From positions 5,562-69,561 of the forward strand of contig MCFE01000471.1 of assembly GCA_002104905.1 (NCBI GenBank): DNA of 64,000 nucleotides, read 5' to 3'. The notes beneath the pieces are model-generated. The model did no database searches, had not been told where the DNA came from, and saw only the letters and a program-made list of their open reading frames with translations. Positions 27,711-41,709 of this stretch are shown one piece after another. The position numbers and the translations under genes were made by a program. How positions within the stretch are numbered: position 1 is the first letter of the stretch; each line of letters begins with the position of its first letter. Source of the DNA: Basidiobolus meristosporus CBS 931.73 (taxonomy: Eukaryota; Fungi; Basidiobolomycota).

Positions 27711-30065
27711 ATGAAATTAGAAATGGACCAACGTACCAGCGTTCCGCATCCCAGCAATGTGGAGCCCCCACGAAACGGGGCCAAAGCCTATTTAGAGATG
27801 GACCAGTCGAAGGATAGATACGAAAGAGAAGAGGTGGTTCGCTTGATATGCCAGTCGCTTCACGATCTAGGCTACAGGTAGGTTGCTGAACCAGAGGGGG
27901 GGGTGTATTGTATGCTGTCGGCCGGCGCTCATACCTCTCCACCATTTTTAGTCGGTCCACACAGCTTTTGGAAATGGAGTCCGGGTTCAGTATGGAGCGT
28001 CCAGAAGTGACCCAGTTCCGGAAGGGCGTTCTGGCGGGCGACTGGTCCCACGTTGAGGCACTGCTGCCTTCCATAGGCTTGCAGGAGCCTGAAAAGCTGG
28101 AGGTCGAGCCACATCACATATGTGCCACCTTCCCGACGCTAACCTCTTGTTTGTAGAAGGTCCAATTCCTGCTCAGACGGCAGAAGTATCTGGAGCTTTT
28201 GGAAGCCCGAGAAGTGCCCGCCGCGCTAGGGGTGCTTAGGAACGAGCTGACCCCGCTGGGGTGCGACACCGAGCAGCTGCACCTGCTCTCCAGTCTTCTG
28301 ATGTGCGGGGACGTCAAGGATCTGAAGAAACTCGCTGGCTGGAACGGCACCGTGGCCGACACGAGAAAAAAGCTACTGGAGGAGTTGCAAGGTAGCGTGT
28401 GGCCCCATAGCACTCCATCCCACTTCGAGGACACTAACCAACCCCTCGCCAGTTAATATCGCGCCGTCGGTAATGATCCCTAATCGTAGGATGGAGACAT
28501 TGTTTGACCAGGCGGCGAAGTATCAAAGAGACCATTGCCTCTACCACGACATCACGGAAAAGGAGTTCAGCCTATATTCGGACCACCGATGTGACCAGTA
28601 CATAGGATTCGTTGAGACTCTTCCCCGCTCAGACTCACTGACTTGCCTTTAGAAGTCGATTCCCAGGCGTCACCAAGCACGTCTTTGAAGGTCATTCGGA
28701 TGAAGTGTGGTACGTCGCGTTCTCAAACAATGGGAAGTACATCGCCTCCGGGTCAAAGGATGGAACGGCCATCATTTGGAGCATCGAGGTAATTTGCCCA
28801 TAGCATACCATCGTCCAAGACAGCGTTGCCTGACAGACGACGGGATAGGAAAAACGCAAGCTTCACGTTCTTAAAGTCCTGGGCAAGGAGGTCTGCTTCT
28901 TAGCTTGGTCCCCCAACGACTCGATGATAGTCACCTGCGCCAATGATGGTGGGCTTAGCCTGTGGAATACTCGGGTTAGTCATCCATAGCTCTTCCCAAC
29001 CAAAACCATTCGACTAACGGCAGCCGGGCATTCCATGAATAGAACGGGACGTGCATTCGAACCCTAGACAACCACACCGACGTTGTCACCTCCTGCGCTT
29101 GGTTGTCAAACAACGTGCACTTCGTCAGCGGTGGCTTAGATAAAAGTCTATACTTATGGGTAACGCATGACAGTCAGATAGGATTAGCAACATGAAGCGC
29201 GGGTACTCATTGTTTCATCTCCACCAGAACATCCAAGGAAGTATCTTGTACCAATGGTCGAATGCTAGAGTCACCGACATCGCCGTTAGCAAAGATGGGA
29301 AGAAGATGGTCTCGATCTGTGCGGACTGCAAGATTCGAATCTACGATCTGGAGAAACGCCTAGAGCAAGAGTAAGCATCCCCGAATCCTCCCCCCTAAGG
29401 ACATGGCTCCGGTACTAATCGAGCATTCTGGCCAACGACAGCTACATCAAGGAGGATAGGCGCATCAACTCAATGCGGCTCTCCGATGATGGCCGATATG
29501 TCGTAGTTAATTTAAATGACCAGGTAATTCATGGAGAAGCCCCCACTTGCGTAACTCTTGTCACCAACCATATGAACCTTGATTCTAGGACATCCATCTG
29601 TGGGACATCGTCGAGAAAAGACTCGTGCGCCGATTCGCTGGATTGAAGCAGTGTGAGTTCATCATCCGATCGTGTTTCGGTGGGCATGATCAGGCGTTTA
29701 TCGCCAGCGGAAGTGCAGGTAACTAGGTAGATCCTTGGATGTTTGCTGAGCCGAAATAACCAAGATTCCCCCGTGGGCCAGATGGATCCATCTATGTTTG
29801 GCACCGAGAGCAAGGAACGCTGATCAAGGTGCTGCCTGGTCACGTAGGACCGGTCAATTGTATCCACTGGAACCCCGCCAACCCTTATATGTTTGTCTCT
29901 GCAAGTGATGACCGGACAATCCGACTGTAAGTGCTCGTGTATTTGTGTGCATATGTGTACGCTCCAATCAGGCATCGTTTACTAACGCCTCGTTGCTGAA
30001 CGCCGACTTTCACCAGCTGGGGAACCGCTGAGCAGGATGGTAAAGGAAAGCAAAAATCCGAGTAA
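27711..30065 (+). CDS. GID7: WDR26/GID7-like LisH-CTLH-WD40 protein (GID/CTLH E3 ligase subunit), multi-exon; true start may lie upstream
   Basis: Lis[32 protein letters not shown]...[10 protein letters not shown] repeats ([36 protein letters not shown]); last spliced exon ...DDRTIRLWGTAEQ... ends TAA at 30063-30065. Confidence 0.88.
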
Positions 30066-31142
30066 GATGTCCGACGTTCCCTCTGACTTGAATTGCTTCC
30101 TTGGTGCATTTATTTTATTTCCTATTTTTGATACTCTCCGCGGTTCACTGTGGAATGGGAGAGATTGTTTAATTCCCCAGTCTTTCATGTATAATAAATC
30201 CTGTTTGCTGATGCCACTATGATTAGATGGAGGTGGAGGCGATGTGGCAGATGGAGTGGTGAGGGTGGTGGTAGTTGTAACTGTAACTGCAACTGTAATT
30301 CGATAGTTAGCGATCGTATCTCGGATGCTGTTTCCGGATCGTGAGTACTGATGCCATAGATGCGCTGATATTCTGGCTAGTCACCAGCGGTTTCCTGGTT
30401 TGGCTGAATATCAGGCGAAACATGGTGTGTTCCTGTAATCGTTTAATGAGCTACATGGCATCTTGCCTTCACGACATTAGCACATCACCCTCAGAGCTTC
30501 ATCTGGAGGTGGCCAAGCCAGTGATGTCACACATGAAATCTCGGATAGGCGGAAGTGGCCCAATAAACACAGTGATCCATCGAAGCCAGCTTTGTGGCCA
30601 TCATCGGAGGTTTTGCCGCTAGGTGCCAGGATTCCATACACCACAAGGTACCACACCCTTTCCTGTAGTGATGGCTTCCAACTGCGGCTAAATCGGAATC
30701 TAGACATCAAGCTAACGTACAGAGGGCAAATGTCTGAGACGTTTGTTTCAGGACCGAGGGGATCCTAGGCAGCAGTCAGCCTTTCAATAGGACCGGCATT
30801 GAGGGATCGATCGTTATGGATAGATGCTGACCCCTATGCCAGAATCGAATCTGCCGCAGCGGGACTGATCGGAATGAGACGTGTATTCTGGATGAGTACA
30901 CTCCCTTCCCATCAGAGTTGATCGGGAGATCTTCGATCATAGGGCTCTTTTTGAACACGGGATCGATTAATGGATCTGATAGGACTTGGGAACATGTTCG
31001 AAGATTTTCATTTGGCTGGATTGAATGCGTCACATATAAATAACAACTTAAGTTTGGGAAACACTGGCTTGAGAAGAGCTAGACTGATGTAAGCAGCTCG
31101 GATTTGGAGCCGAGGTGAGGGGAGTGGATCGGTTGAGATGGA

Positions 31143-31969
31143 TCATTGGAAATAAGGTTGATCATCTCCGATGCACTCGCTAATGGTTGTGAGGGAGTAG
31201 CCCATTTCTCGAATGGAATCGATCACTTGGCCAATTTGCCTTACAGTTCCCTCATGAATATCATGCATCAATATGATATAACTGCTGTTTTCAGGGCTTG
31301 AAACCTCCAGCACCTTCCGAATATTTTCCAGATTCTGTGGTTCGCGCTTTTTTTCGGCATACTTCCAGTCGTTGGTGTCCAAATTCCACTGGATCAATTT
31401 GTACCCTTCGCCGCCTAGGTGACCTCTCGTGTCAGCATCGCAATCCCCATATGGGCAACGCAGGTAGCTCGGCTTTTTCCCGATGATCTTTTCAATCAAA
31501 CTCGCGCTCTTGGTGATCTCCTTACCGACCTCGGATTTGGACAAGTCGGAGAGATGGGGATGGGAATAGGTGTGCGAGGCGATCTCGTGACCTTCATCAT
31601 AGGCTCGCTTCAGCAGCTGGGAGAAGTTCTTTTCCTTAAGCTGCTCCCCTTTGGAAATTGTCAGCGCAAGCTCATTCTTGGACCAGTCATGGCACCTTAC
31701 CGATAACAAAAAACGTGGAGGGCGCGCCTTTGGCACTGAGGGTTTCGAGCAGTTGTGACGTGAAGGGACCAGGCCCGTCGTCGAACGTCAGAGCAACATG
31801 GCCAGGACGTCGGCATCTGTAGATGAATCTTCCTGTATCGATCCTAAGCCCATCAGGTTAGTTAGAGTTTACCGACGTTCCGACGAAAATCGTGTATTCA
31901 CCTAGTTTCACAGCTAACGATCGTCCATAGGAGTATGCACACCAACATACAAGATCCAAATGTATTCAT
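31143..31969 (-). CDS. Secreted CE4/NodB polysaccharide (chitin) deacetylase, 3 exons
   Basis: Signal peptide MNTFGSCMLVCILLWTIVSC; motifs ALTFDDGP, SHTYSHPHL, RCPYG, WNLDTNDW, LMHD; intron 31649-31700. Confidence 0.9.
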
Positions 31970-32634
31970 CTTAGGCTTGATGGAATCCAAGATCTATAGA
32001 TAGCCGCATCTGGAATCCTTTATATATGCATTGAGTAATGGGGGTCTCAAACAGATGTTTGGGCTCAGACGCCCTTAATGTAGAGCGCATCAATTCAGTC
32101 GGGGAATTGTTTGGTGCAAGTGAGAGCAGCGTACTTCAAACTTTTTCTCAGCCGTTTGGTTTGAATTTGATCTCCGATCAATCATCTTGTACCTCGTCAT
32201 TTTCTCACCAATTCGTTTCGTTGAATCATAGTGAACACAATTTCATAACCTGCTCCTTGGGAGGGCGAAATCCCATCATTTGTGATGGTCAAATTCAGGC
32301 GACGGGATTACAATGCTGGTTTCATGTCGATTCTCTAGAAACCCCAATAGAATACTTATTAAAACACACGATACATCCGGTCGTAACCAGATGATTCCGG
32401 CTGGCTAGCCTTTCTTCAACAGGTTACCGACTGAGTGGTGAGAGTTGATCATGGCCACTAGATATATCTCAGCATCCTGGTGCGTAAACCCTGATCAATT
32501 ATCCTGCGTAACCGCCGCTTTTGGTGAACGGAGGATGATCCAAATGAGTTTCTATCGATTGGGGGAGGGGGAAGTGCGGATGACACTGAGGTTTGGAGGT
32601 GGAGGTGGGTGCGACGTCACCTATAAATCCACCC

Positions 32635-33399
32635 ATGACGCCCTTCGTAATCGGACCAGCTCCATCGAAGCTTGACTTCACGATGAATCCCCATTTTCAC
32701 AACAATAGCTTCTTCTGCACCAACGAATGCTGCTCGACCATGGCCGAGGCCAATTCGCCAGAGGAAAGCTCCTTCACCATGGGCCAACACTTGCCTCAGA
32801 CAATGAGCCACGAATACGACTCCTCCTCACTCCTATGCATTCCCACCACCAGCACCCATGCCAACCTAGATTACTCATACTACTCCCTCCTGCCGCAGTC
32901 TGGGCAAATGAGCGGCTCCGAGCAGTCCTCAAGCCCGCATTACTTTCAGATGACCGACTTCGATCATTCCCCAACCCATAATTGGCAAGACCTATTGCAC
33001 CCGGCATACCAGATGAACTGCCCTTGGCCCGTGGCATGTTCCTCCATAGAAATGCAGAGCCAGTGCTCCCAGAAGCCCGCTGCGGACCCCATAGAAGATA
33101 GAACCAGCCGGAGACGGTCTCCGCGGAAATCCAATAACGGGAAGGCCAGGAACTCGAACCCCAACCTGCCGCCAAAAGACCGACCATTCCCATGCACGCA
33201 TTGTTCACGTTCTTTCACCAGAAAATACGACCTGGAGAGACACGAGAGGTTGCATACAGGCGACAAGCCCTACAAGTGCGCATTCTGCCACAAATCGTTC
33301 ACCAGGGTGGATGCTAGACAACGTCACTACAAGTACGACGACACCTGTGCAGTGCTGTACTCACTCACCGAAGGCTGGGGTATTGAAATGTTGCTGTAG
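32635..33399 (+). CDS. C2H2 zinc-finger transcription factor (two C-terminal fingers)
   Basis: FPCTHCSRSFTRKYDLERHERLHTGDKPYKCAFCHKSFTRVDARQRH with an HTGDKPY linker; low-complexity N-terminus. ATG chosen in frame with ORF 32593. Confidence 0.88.
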   Translation: MTPFVIGPAPSKLDFTMNPHFHNNSFFCTNECCSTMAEANSPEESSFTMGQHLPQTMSHEYDSSSLLCIPTTSTHANLDYSYYSLLPQSGQMSGSEQSSSPHYFQMTDFDHSPTHNWQDLLHPAYQMNCPWPVACSSIEMQSQCSQKPAADPIEDRTSRRRSPRKSNNGKARNSNPNLPPKDRPFPCTHCSRSFTRKYDLERHERLHTGDKPYKCAFCHKSFTRVDARQRHYKYDDTCAVLYSLTEGWGIEMLL

Positions 33400-36300
33400 C
33401 TGAGGTTGGCTCGACCATCATTGTATATAGATCTCTTCCCGCTCATCCATAATATACCATCTGTATTATCGTATAAAAATAAATCATATTTATGTTATGC
33501 ATGCAAGATACTCGTACACTGGAGCATGTCTTTTGGAGTGGTGATGCCGCACAGCGCTCACCAACCCATCATCTAGGGGAGGCTGCTGGCAACAGAATAT
33601 AATCTACCACCTGCCATAAGAGTCTTAGACACTAGTTACTGCCAGACTGATCTTACACAAACAAGTGCAATGTAACAATGTATCGCACTCAAATGTTGGG
33701 GGCTTTTATCCACATTTGGCCGGATAGGATATGGGTGACCGTAGCACCGCCCAAATAAACCGATCATTATTTTATCCAAAGAAACACATCAAACAGCATT
33801 CTCGGTAAGGCATATATCTGGGGTAACTATGGACTAGCCTATGTGCTGTGGAATCACATGGGCGGCTACCAAGGCCAGCGCAAATTCCCCTTGGAGTAAC
33901 CGAAATCGGTAGACTCTCGAATTGGCTGGTCACTGCGGATGCGGTCATCACATCCCCATGGCACACTGCCAAGTGCCAAGTGATGTGCAGCCCGATGACA
34001 ATGCCACCGGATGGCTGAGGCCACTGGCTGCATAAGTTTTTAGCCATTTTACTGGAAGTCGGACCTAGCTCGGCAGTACATGCTGCCTCTATATGTACAT
34101 ATAAAGAACTGTGGTGAATCGTTACTATATTGCAACGCTAGATCTTGCATGATCGGCCACAACATCAAGTGCTTGGGGTTTCTGTGGTTGCCCTCGGATG
34201 CTATCCGAAATGGATTCACACAGAGTAACACATGCGTGGTGGGTGATACATGACCAGCGCTTCCCAATCAATGTATTGATCTCAATTGTATGGGTGCAGG
34301 CTATCCCACAGACGAACAACAAGTCCCACAACCCCACACGATCACACCGCCACAGGTATTCCTCGATCAAAACTCCGGCCCCAAACCTGCTCGGCAATCG
34401 CTGGCATTATTCCTAGCCACTAGTTCTCGGGTGACGATACACCAGGGATTCAAGGAATCTATTCCATCAAACACAATATTTGCAAATCAGTCACTAACCA
34501 GAAAGGAGTATGGGTGACTTCATCATGCTCTCATGGATTCTAAAGAACCGTCTGCCCCTGGCTCCTACGACAGCATCGGTGTAGCGACAGCATTCGACTG
34601 GGCTGGGATATTAGAAATCAATATGGCGAGTCATGTAAATCCAAGTCCACCTACCATTCGTATTCGTGATCCCTACTCAGTGCACTGACAAGATCCGATC
34701 ACTCAGTATGGCTTGGTATCCACAGCACTCACAACATAGCATGAACTACGAGCCGATCAAACGTGCAGATTGATCCAATATATCACCCACAGGCCCCAGT
34801 CATGGGAGCCACAGTATTAATCGATTGTGAAGGCCAATCTGACTCTCACTATGATGTCCACCTTGAGCCCATTGTTATGCATTTCAGTCAGCAGCAAGTG
34901 GACGTTTTGTGCGACTTGGCGCTTGAGGGCCCTCTCATAGCGATACTCCCAGAGGTCTAGACCTACTGCGGATCACGAACCACCATCCTACACTGTGCTT
35001 CGGTGACCAATCCAGTTGGAGATGGGAACGATGCCCAGGGGCCATACCGAGATTCGCATAACCTTCTATGGTCACGAACCAGAATAGATTTTCCAACCGA
35101 CATCTAGTGTGAGATACGGCTGAGGTATGTGACTATTTTAAGGTCGTCGAGTATCCCAGAAAGATACGCTAGGGGAGCCGGTTTATTTCCCCTTGGGTCT
35201 TCCAGAGATTTGATTCGGGCTTCGTGGTGGCATAATATAATCCTGATTCCATGTAGTAGACAAAGCTTATCCAAGATCGATTGATGTTGGCCCACACTGA
35301 AGAGTGCCATTATGTAATATAGAGAGCATTGATAAAGTTCCTCTTTTCGGCTTATGTCTCAAACCACTCCCAGCCCTAAGCCTCAGCACTGATGCTCTTC
35401 ATTTGTGCGGATATGACCCGATAGATTGGCTGTGCAGCAACCATGACGGGTTGTGTGGGATGGCACATCACTGCTCATTAAATACCATACCGATATGAGG
35501 TCAGCAGTTCATTTACATAAGACATGGATCGCCGATAAAATAGCTCGATTTCTACTATGCGAAGGATGACCAGCCCGTATATCCGCCAATTCAACCACCA
35601 TTCCCAACTCTTAAAGGGGGTATACACTCCGGAGTGACACACACCCTTTAGTACTGCAACCAGCTCAATCTCCATCTGTTACCAACTGCCAGCATCCTAT
35701 ACACCACAGGATCGCTCCACTTAATTTAATGCTATTTTTATACCCTGATATCCAAATGAGCTATGCCACTGGGTTCTGGACTCATGGCAGTATTTGATTG
35801 CCATCGGAAGGGTGCCTCATACTTTGAGCTTATCTTTCCAAGGGTTTCTGCGGCACATCCAGATGATCGCTTTTTGAGGATGTATAGGAAACCAAAAGCT
35901 GCATTTTTCCGTAGTAGATCAAAAAGTGTATACCTAAGGTTTCTTCGGTATGTCTATCACTGCCAAGCACCCAACTAGTCATAATAGTGAATCACTACCT
36001 TTAAGGGAGTTAAGGCTCAATGTTTTATGATGTGCTGTACCAATTCGAGTTGAGTGGTACTATATCTTCATGAATATGGTAGCTATTGTGCACAACTCCC
36101 CATTGCAACAATCCTATTGCAGCCGTAGAATCCAACCAAAAGTAACTCTATTGGAAATCCTCTGGCAGGAGAGGGGCTACATTATCATGGAAAACACCAG
36201 GCTGAGGGCCATGGTTCAGTTATTGATGGTTATTTGTGAGCCATTCTGCTGTACAGCAATATTAGCGCTGTGTGTTTGCACATGCTCAGAATAGATACAG

Positions 36301-37865
36301 TAAAACTCTCCTCCCCATAGAGTGACAAATTCCGAAATATTAAGGATACCCGGTCACCCAATGAAGATCATTCCAAGAGGTCAAGGCTGCTTTGGCACCA
36401 ATTTGAGTGGTCTGCCAAAAGGCCCAGAACAACCTCTTATGTTACGATGGGCCATTTTTCCTGCCTCTGCCCACCAATCCTCAACTAGCATCTATGATAA
36501 GCCTGTTCATAGAGTTATGTAAGTTTCCATAATTTGCGATCAACTCAGTTTGGAATGGAATCTAGAACTATTCGCATTGAGGGGCATTAGATTTGATAGT
36601 AAACAGTCCCAGGATACAGCTCCTGGGCCCCAGCTCCCGATGACGTGACCTGTAACAGCATTAAACGTTATGCTATGTTGATTTTCGAAGCATTTCCATA
36701 ATTAGTGCCAGGTCTGCATAGTTCCACCCCCACAATTGCTGCGAGTTCTCGCAGAGCTCATTGGATTCAAGACTGGGCTCATGGTATTTTCACATTGTAC
36801 CAACCCATCCACTCTTTATTGTCAGCACTCTAATCCGACCTATATTCCCCGCCTCTCTGACTGTAACTCGCAGCAATACAGAGCTGCCCTCGACGCTTGA
36901 TCCCCAATTCCCAACAATTTCCAGGAACGCCTAGCCCTCTTCCGCATTCACTGCCAGAGAAAAAGGTCCGAATTGGGGGGGGGGAGTCAAGCGAGGTCAG
37001 CTATCGATCTCATCATCTCCCGCAATTCCACCCAAACCAACCGTCCCAGCAGATTGCTTTCACACTTAGGAGTTCAGGATCCTTGAGGGAAAGGTCGCAG
37101 TCTCCACGGATTGGCATCCGATGCTTGGGCTTTGGCTGGTAAGGGAGTTCTCGATGGGCCTGACGGTGTCGTACCACATTAGGAGAAGACTGATTCGCCC
37201 TTCAATTTCCCCAGGGCCCGACTCTAAATGTGGCGAAACTTATGGTACCACCCGCGGGCGGTGTAACTGGGTTCATCATGAAACCAGTGCAGTACTGAGC
37301 AAAGGAGAAGTTTATTTTGTAAGAAGTCGAGGCGAGATTGTTTCAAGCCTTCATCTGATATTGGGTGTTCTGGCTGGACATGAAGACTCGGCTCCTTCAA
37401 ATTGCAGGCTGCTGGTTAGGCCCATTCGGCCGGCCTTCGGGGCAAGGACTCATCGAACGCGGGTGGAGGGAGGTACAGTTGCTGTAGCAATGGTCCTCCA
37501 TTCAACCTTCCGATTGCTTGAAACATACATGTTGGTCCATTCTACGTAATGATTTATGCTTTGGAGTATAGGTTGGTTTCATAGGGGAATTGGGGTAGGG
37601 GGGCTAGGGTGGCTCGATTGGACTGGCCAGACCCGTCTGCATTCATCATCACAAAGTAGTAGGTGGTGACCACAATCCCCTCGGGAGGCGAGCCAGGTGG
37701 GACAGTCGGGCTTTGGCTCGTGGGTAACGGTAAAATAAGTGTATCATGAAATTCAGAGGAAACGTGAAATGATAGGATTCTCGTGGGATGCATGCTTCCA
37801 GAGTCGCGATCCTTCTCTATATAGAATGGATGGGGCTGAATGCCTGAGCTCTAGAGGCCGACCGC

Positions 37866-38657
37866 TCACTGCTCCCCGGGGCGTCGGAGGGACAGCTTCA
37901 TGCCTTGGCTTGAGAACCAGTTCGACAGTGGGGTCACCTCTGGTGGCGATGTTCGTCGAGTTAATGTTCCATTCCCAAGATGCGAGTGGTTTCGTGGACT
38001 TACCGGTCATCCCAGGGAAGCTTCGGGGCTGGAAGACGGTGAACGGCTCGCTGAATACGTGGGTCAGCATGCTGTTCTTCTCTCCCTTCCACGTCCTAAA
38101 CGTGCATGGCCAATGAGTGTCAGCAAATAAGAATCCACCCCAACCGTACTTACTTCATCACATCCCACAGGCTGAACCGCAACCTGAATGTCCCCTCGAC
38201 TCGAACCGAGAGATCTGGGAACAGGAAGAATATCCCCGGATCACCACAGATATGCTTCAGTTGATATGCTGATGAGACCGTCGATCCAATCAGGTTGCGG
38301 ACTTTGACCGGCCCTCCCAGAGAGATGACGGAGGAGCCGAGGCGACTGTTGCAGGAGGCTGCCGGTATAGATGCAGGGTTGACAACCACGTTACAATCGT
38401 GCTCGAAGTCAACAGACCAAAGATCTGCGTGAACGACGAGTCCTGAGAACTCGGAGGCCCTAGTTCAAGAAGCAGTGGAGTTAGCATGGGCAAGGTGAGG
38501 TGGGCGGGTTTGCATAGGAGAAAACTCATGTACTCGGTGATAATGGCGCCTTTCTCGTCGTATACCTTCAACTCCAGTATCGGCAAGGGGCCGACAAGTC
38601 TGCGGTCCCTGTCGCCAAATCCGCACATCCGCGCCCGCAGTGGCTGCTGGATGAGTT
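37866..38657 (-). CDS. Velvet-domain protein (5' exon(s) not resolved)
   Basis: ELIQQPLRARMCGFGDRDRR, FFLFPDLSVRVEGTFRLRFSL, FSEPFTVF..FPGMT|EVTPLSNWFSSQGMKLSLRR after splicing a GTAAGT...CAG intron; TGA at 37866-37868. Confidence 0.88.
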
Positions 38658-40689
38658 CTAAAGAGTATCTTCAGTGTAAGAGAAAGTTAACCTAAAAACG
38701 TTCCATCCCCTGAGAGAATCAGAAATTGCTACCGAGACATTGAGCGGCAAAGCCTTGCTGCTATCGAAGCGTTCCTACTTTGTTCTTGCGTCAAGGCCAG
38801 CGAGTTTAGAGTTGTGTGGTGGTGAGCGACTTGATGGATCTCGTCGAGGCAGGGAGGGGAAGTGGAACTATCGTACGCAGTAGCTGTGGTGTAGTGGAGA
38901 ACAAAAGGCAAACTTGAGCATGAACGTCCAGTCACCTCTTATTAAGCAAATCCACCGATACCGAGAATGGAAACGGAGACAACATCACTGATGAAATGAT
39001 GCTAGAGATTCCTAAACTTATCTTATCAGAAGTGGCGTACCAGAACGCTACATTTTTTTCGGGTTTGCTCTAGATAATTCGGACGAATAGGTCATCGAGT
39101 ATAAAGCTTGTATACGGTTTGGGCATATCGCCATGGATCATGAAGCGGCTCATGTATACAGCGATCAGCATCGAGGTGATGATGAGGGCAGCCTAAATAA
39201 TCCGAGCGATAAATATGGAAATCGGAGATGCCACAACACTCGCCGAATGCGCTTGCAATGGAGGGGGCTCCCAGCAATACTGAGGCCTGGAAACAATGCA
39301 TGCAATTCCCAGGTTGGCTTGAGTGTAGCGTCATGAATCCATATTGATGCAACTCTACAGGGTCCGTAATAGGCTCGTATATCTCAGCTGCCGTGGTGTA
39401 TCCCGAAGAGCCGCATCGAGTGATATCGGTGCCCGCACTAACGACATGGCTTTTGCATAGCCTAAGCCAGTTTTGTTTGTACCTTGGGATCTTCAGCACT
39501 GTCGGCAAATTACGAACTTGCATTTAATCGTGCCAAAAAGAGGAAATTTGGCAGCATTGTATCTGAGGCAAGATTTGAGTGCGTCCTGATCAGGCGCCAG
39601 TGCGATTGGTAGAGCTCCATTGTTTGGATATCTCGAGTTGATTATCTAGCCCGCTGATTCACTCAAATGGTTGGTTTGTGTTCTAGATTATCTAATATAT
39701 TACAAACAAGCTAATACATGCTGGAGAACCCTCATCCCATCATGATTCCTTCGCAATGGCCAGATTGGCGGCAACGCATTAGGCTCGGGGTCCGACGTTC
39801 ATGAAGATACACTTACCTAGAGCATACGGAGCTGCCAGCGTCCATTCCTGATTACCGATATGCGGTGCAGCTCACTGATTCGAGGGGTAAGCAGCTAGGC
39901 AGTGGGGCGACCTGTAGCCCGCTGGATAGGTTGAAGCGGCTAATTTTTAGAAAAACGACCGTAAACACTGTTTGTTCTTTCTGGAAGGAAACCCGCTTGG
40001 ACTCTGATACAACCATCCTTTGCCCCATAAAATGCCTAACTTGTTTGGTGGCAACCTGACATTTTAGCAACCATAATTCGTACTGAGTATAAGCACTGCC
40101 ATGTATAGCCAATCAGATCATTCTCCATGAAACCATTTTAGTTGTAGTTATCATGGCATATTTATGCGCTGTCGGCGCACGTCGGCCAGCCTGTTATCGA
40201 AAAGTGGGAATTAAAAAGCACCTCTCATTGATTGGCCCACACGTCCAATCGAATCATAGGAATACCACACACGATAGAACGAGTTAGCGTTCGGACCTGG
40301 CCAATCACGGTCAAGCATTCGAACCCCCATATCTTTTACATTGGCTTTGATCGGCTCCTATGACAACTTCAATTTTTGAGCTATCAGGCGTTTTCATCGG
40401 GTTTTAGGCATAGTGAGCTGGCAGCTTGGTCTGTCAACCATGGAATGCGCCCGGCTGCAGCATTCGCAACGGAATGGCCCATTGCTGCGCACCTTGGTGT
40501 CCTGCGAACTCCATCCTCAATGAAAATCGGTTGCATGTAGTTGGCTGTCTTTGGAAAACACACTCTACCTGGGCTTCCCAGTGTGTCATCTGATCCCCAT
40601 AATCAGGGCTTCATGATATTTAGAAACCTTTGGAATTATTTAGCCTAGACAGGGTTAGTCCGAAAGATCAATGACAGTTCACTAAGGAT

Positions 40690-41510
40690 TGCTATATGCC
40701 ATACGAACTCTGCACGTTTCCTATCACTCCGCCAAGTGCGCACCTCATCGTTTGCAAACCCCATCTCCCATATGCTATGATTCAATGGGTTTGGCATAAA
40801 ACGCACCGTGGGAAGTGTTATGACTACATCAAAAAATGGGTAGACGTCATGTGCTATCTCGATAAATTGGTTTCTGCATGGTGGTGTGAATTCGGGTTTT
40901 GCTCTCATTAGCCTGATCTTCGATTCAGAGAACTTTCGGACGCTTCCAAGAAGTAGTTGGCAGTAATGGATTACCACTAATCGCGAGGAACAGCAAGTGT
41001 GGGGTACAGCACTTTATTGGTATGGCTGAGGATACGGCACTGGGTCATGAATGCCCGAAGTCTGATCAGCACTTTCAACTTACCTTGGTAAAATGAGGGG
41101 AAAGCTCAGTATCAGTATCAGTATCAAATCATGGCAAGCAGGCTGTGGACTAGTTCATAGTAAATGGGGTGCAATAGCTGTTGGCCGATATGGTTGAGAG
41201 CCGCTTCGCGATTGGTATCATGAGCTTAATGCGGGAGTGCCAGGAGTAATGATTTAAATCAAGCTTCATATCTAAACAGGCATCCAGCATTAGCTTTTCT
41301 ACCAAGTATTGCCTGTTTGCAAAACGCATATGAATAAAAGACTTCATACGAATCCTATCCATATCCAGATAGTACCGTTGACAAACAGTATTACTGCTTG
41401 GTGCTATGCTCACAATGCTGAGTCCCAAAGTTAAGAGCAACGGATCATTATTTGGGGTGGGTTGCTGGTGCTCACAACTCAAATAGTCGAAGAGCGTACC
41501 ACCCCTCAAT
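40690..41510 (-). pseudogene. Possible degenerate protein-kinase remnant
   Basis: Scattered kinase-like pieces: GGTLFDYL, W.SRIKL..IAKRL, SDFGHS (out of frame), KPE...HDVY...IWEM. No continuous frame and no HRD motif found. Confidence 0.25.
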
Positions 41511-41709
41511 CAGTGTCATGTTACACCAGCCTCTCGATTGGCTGATTTGGTGGCAGAAAGTAAATGACCTTTAACCGGATTTGGCTAAATGAGTGCACCA
41601 AATGTCTCCCACCCCCGTGAATCCATACTCACTCCCCCCTCCTCTCCAACCAAGGTTTGCAGATGAATCTTTATTCTAACGAATAAGCCACCATTTTAAC
41701 AGATAATGA

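Noticed and set aside
33500-37800. Numerous 60-140 aa ORFs in the interval between the zinc-finger and velvet genes, and at 39.0-40.1 kb
   Set aside because: No recognisable domains or consistent exon structure. A CCAAT cluster at ~40.23-40.33 kb and a possible donor near 39815 hint at a gene, but I could not build one.
39709-39721. AGCTAATACATGC resembling an 18S rRNA motif
   Set aside because: Only 13 nt match; the flanks show no rRNA similarity.
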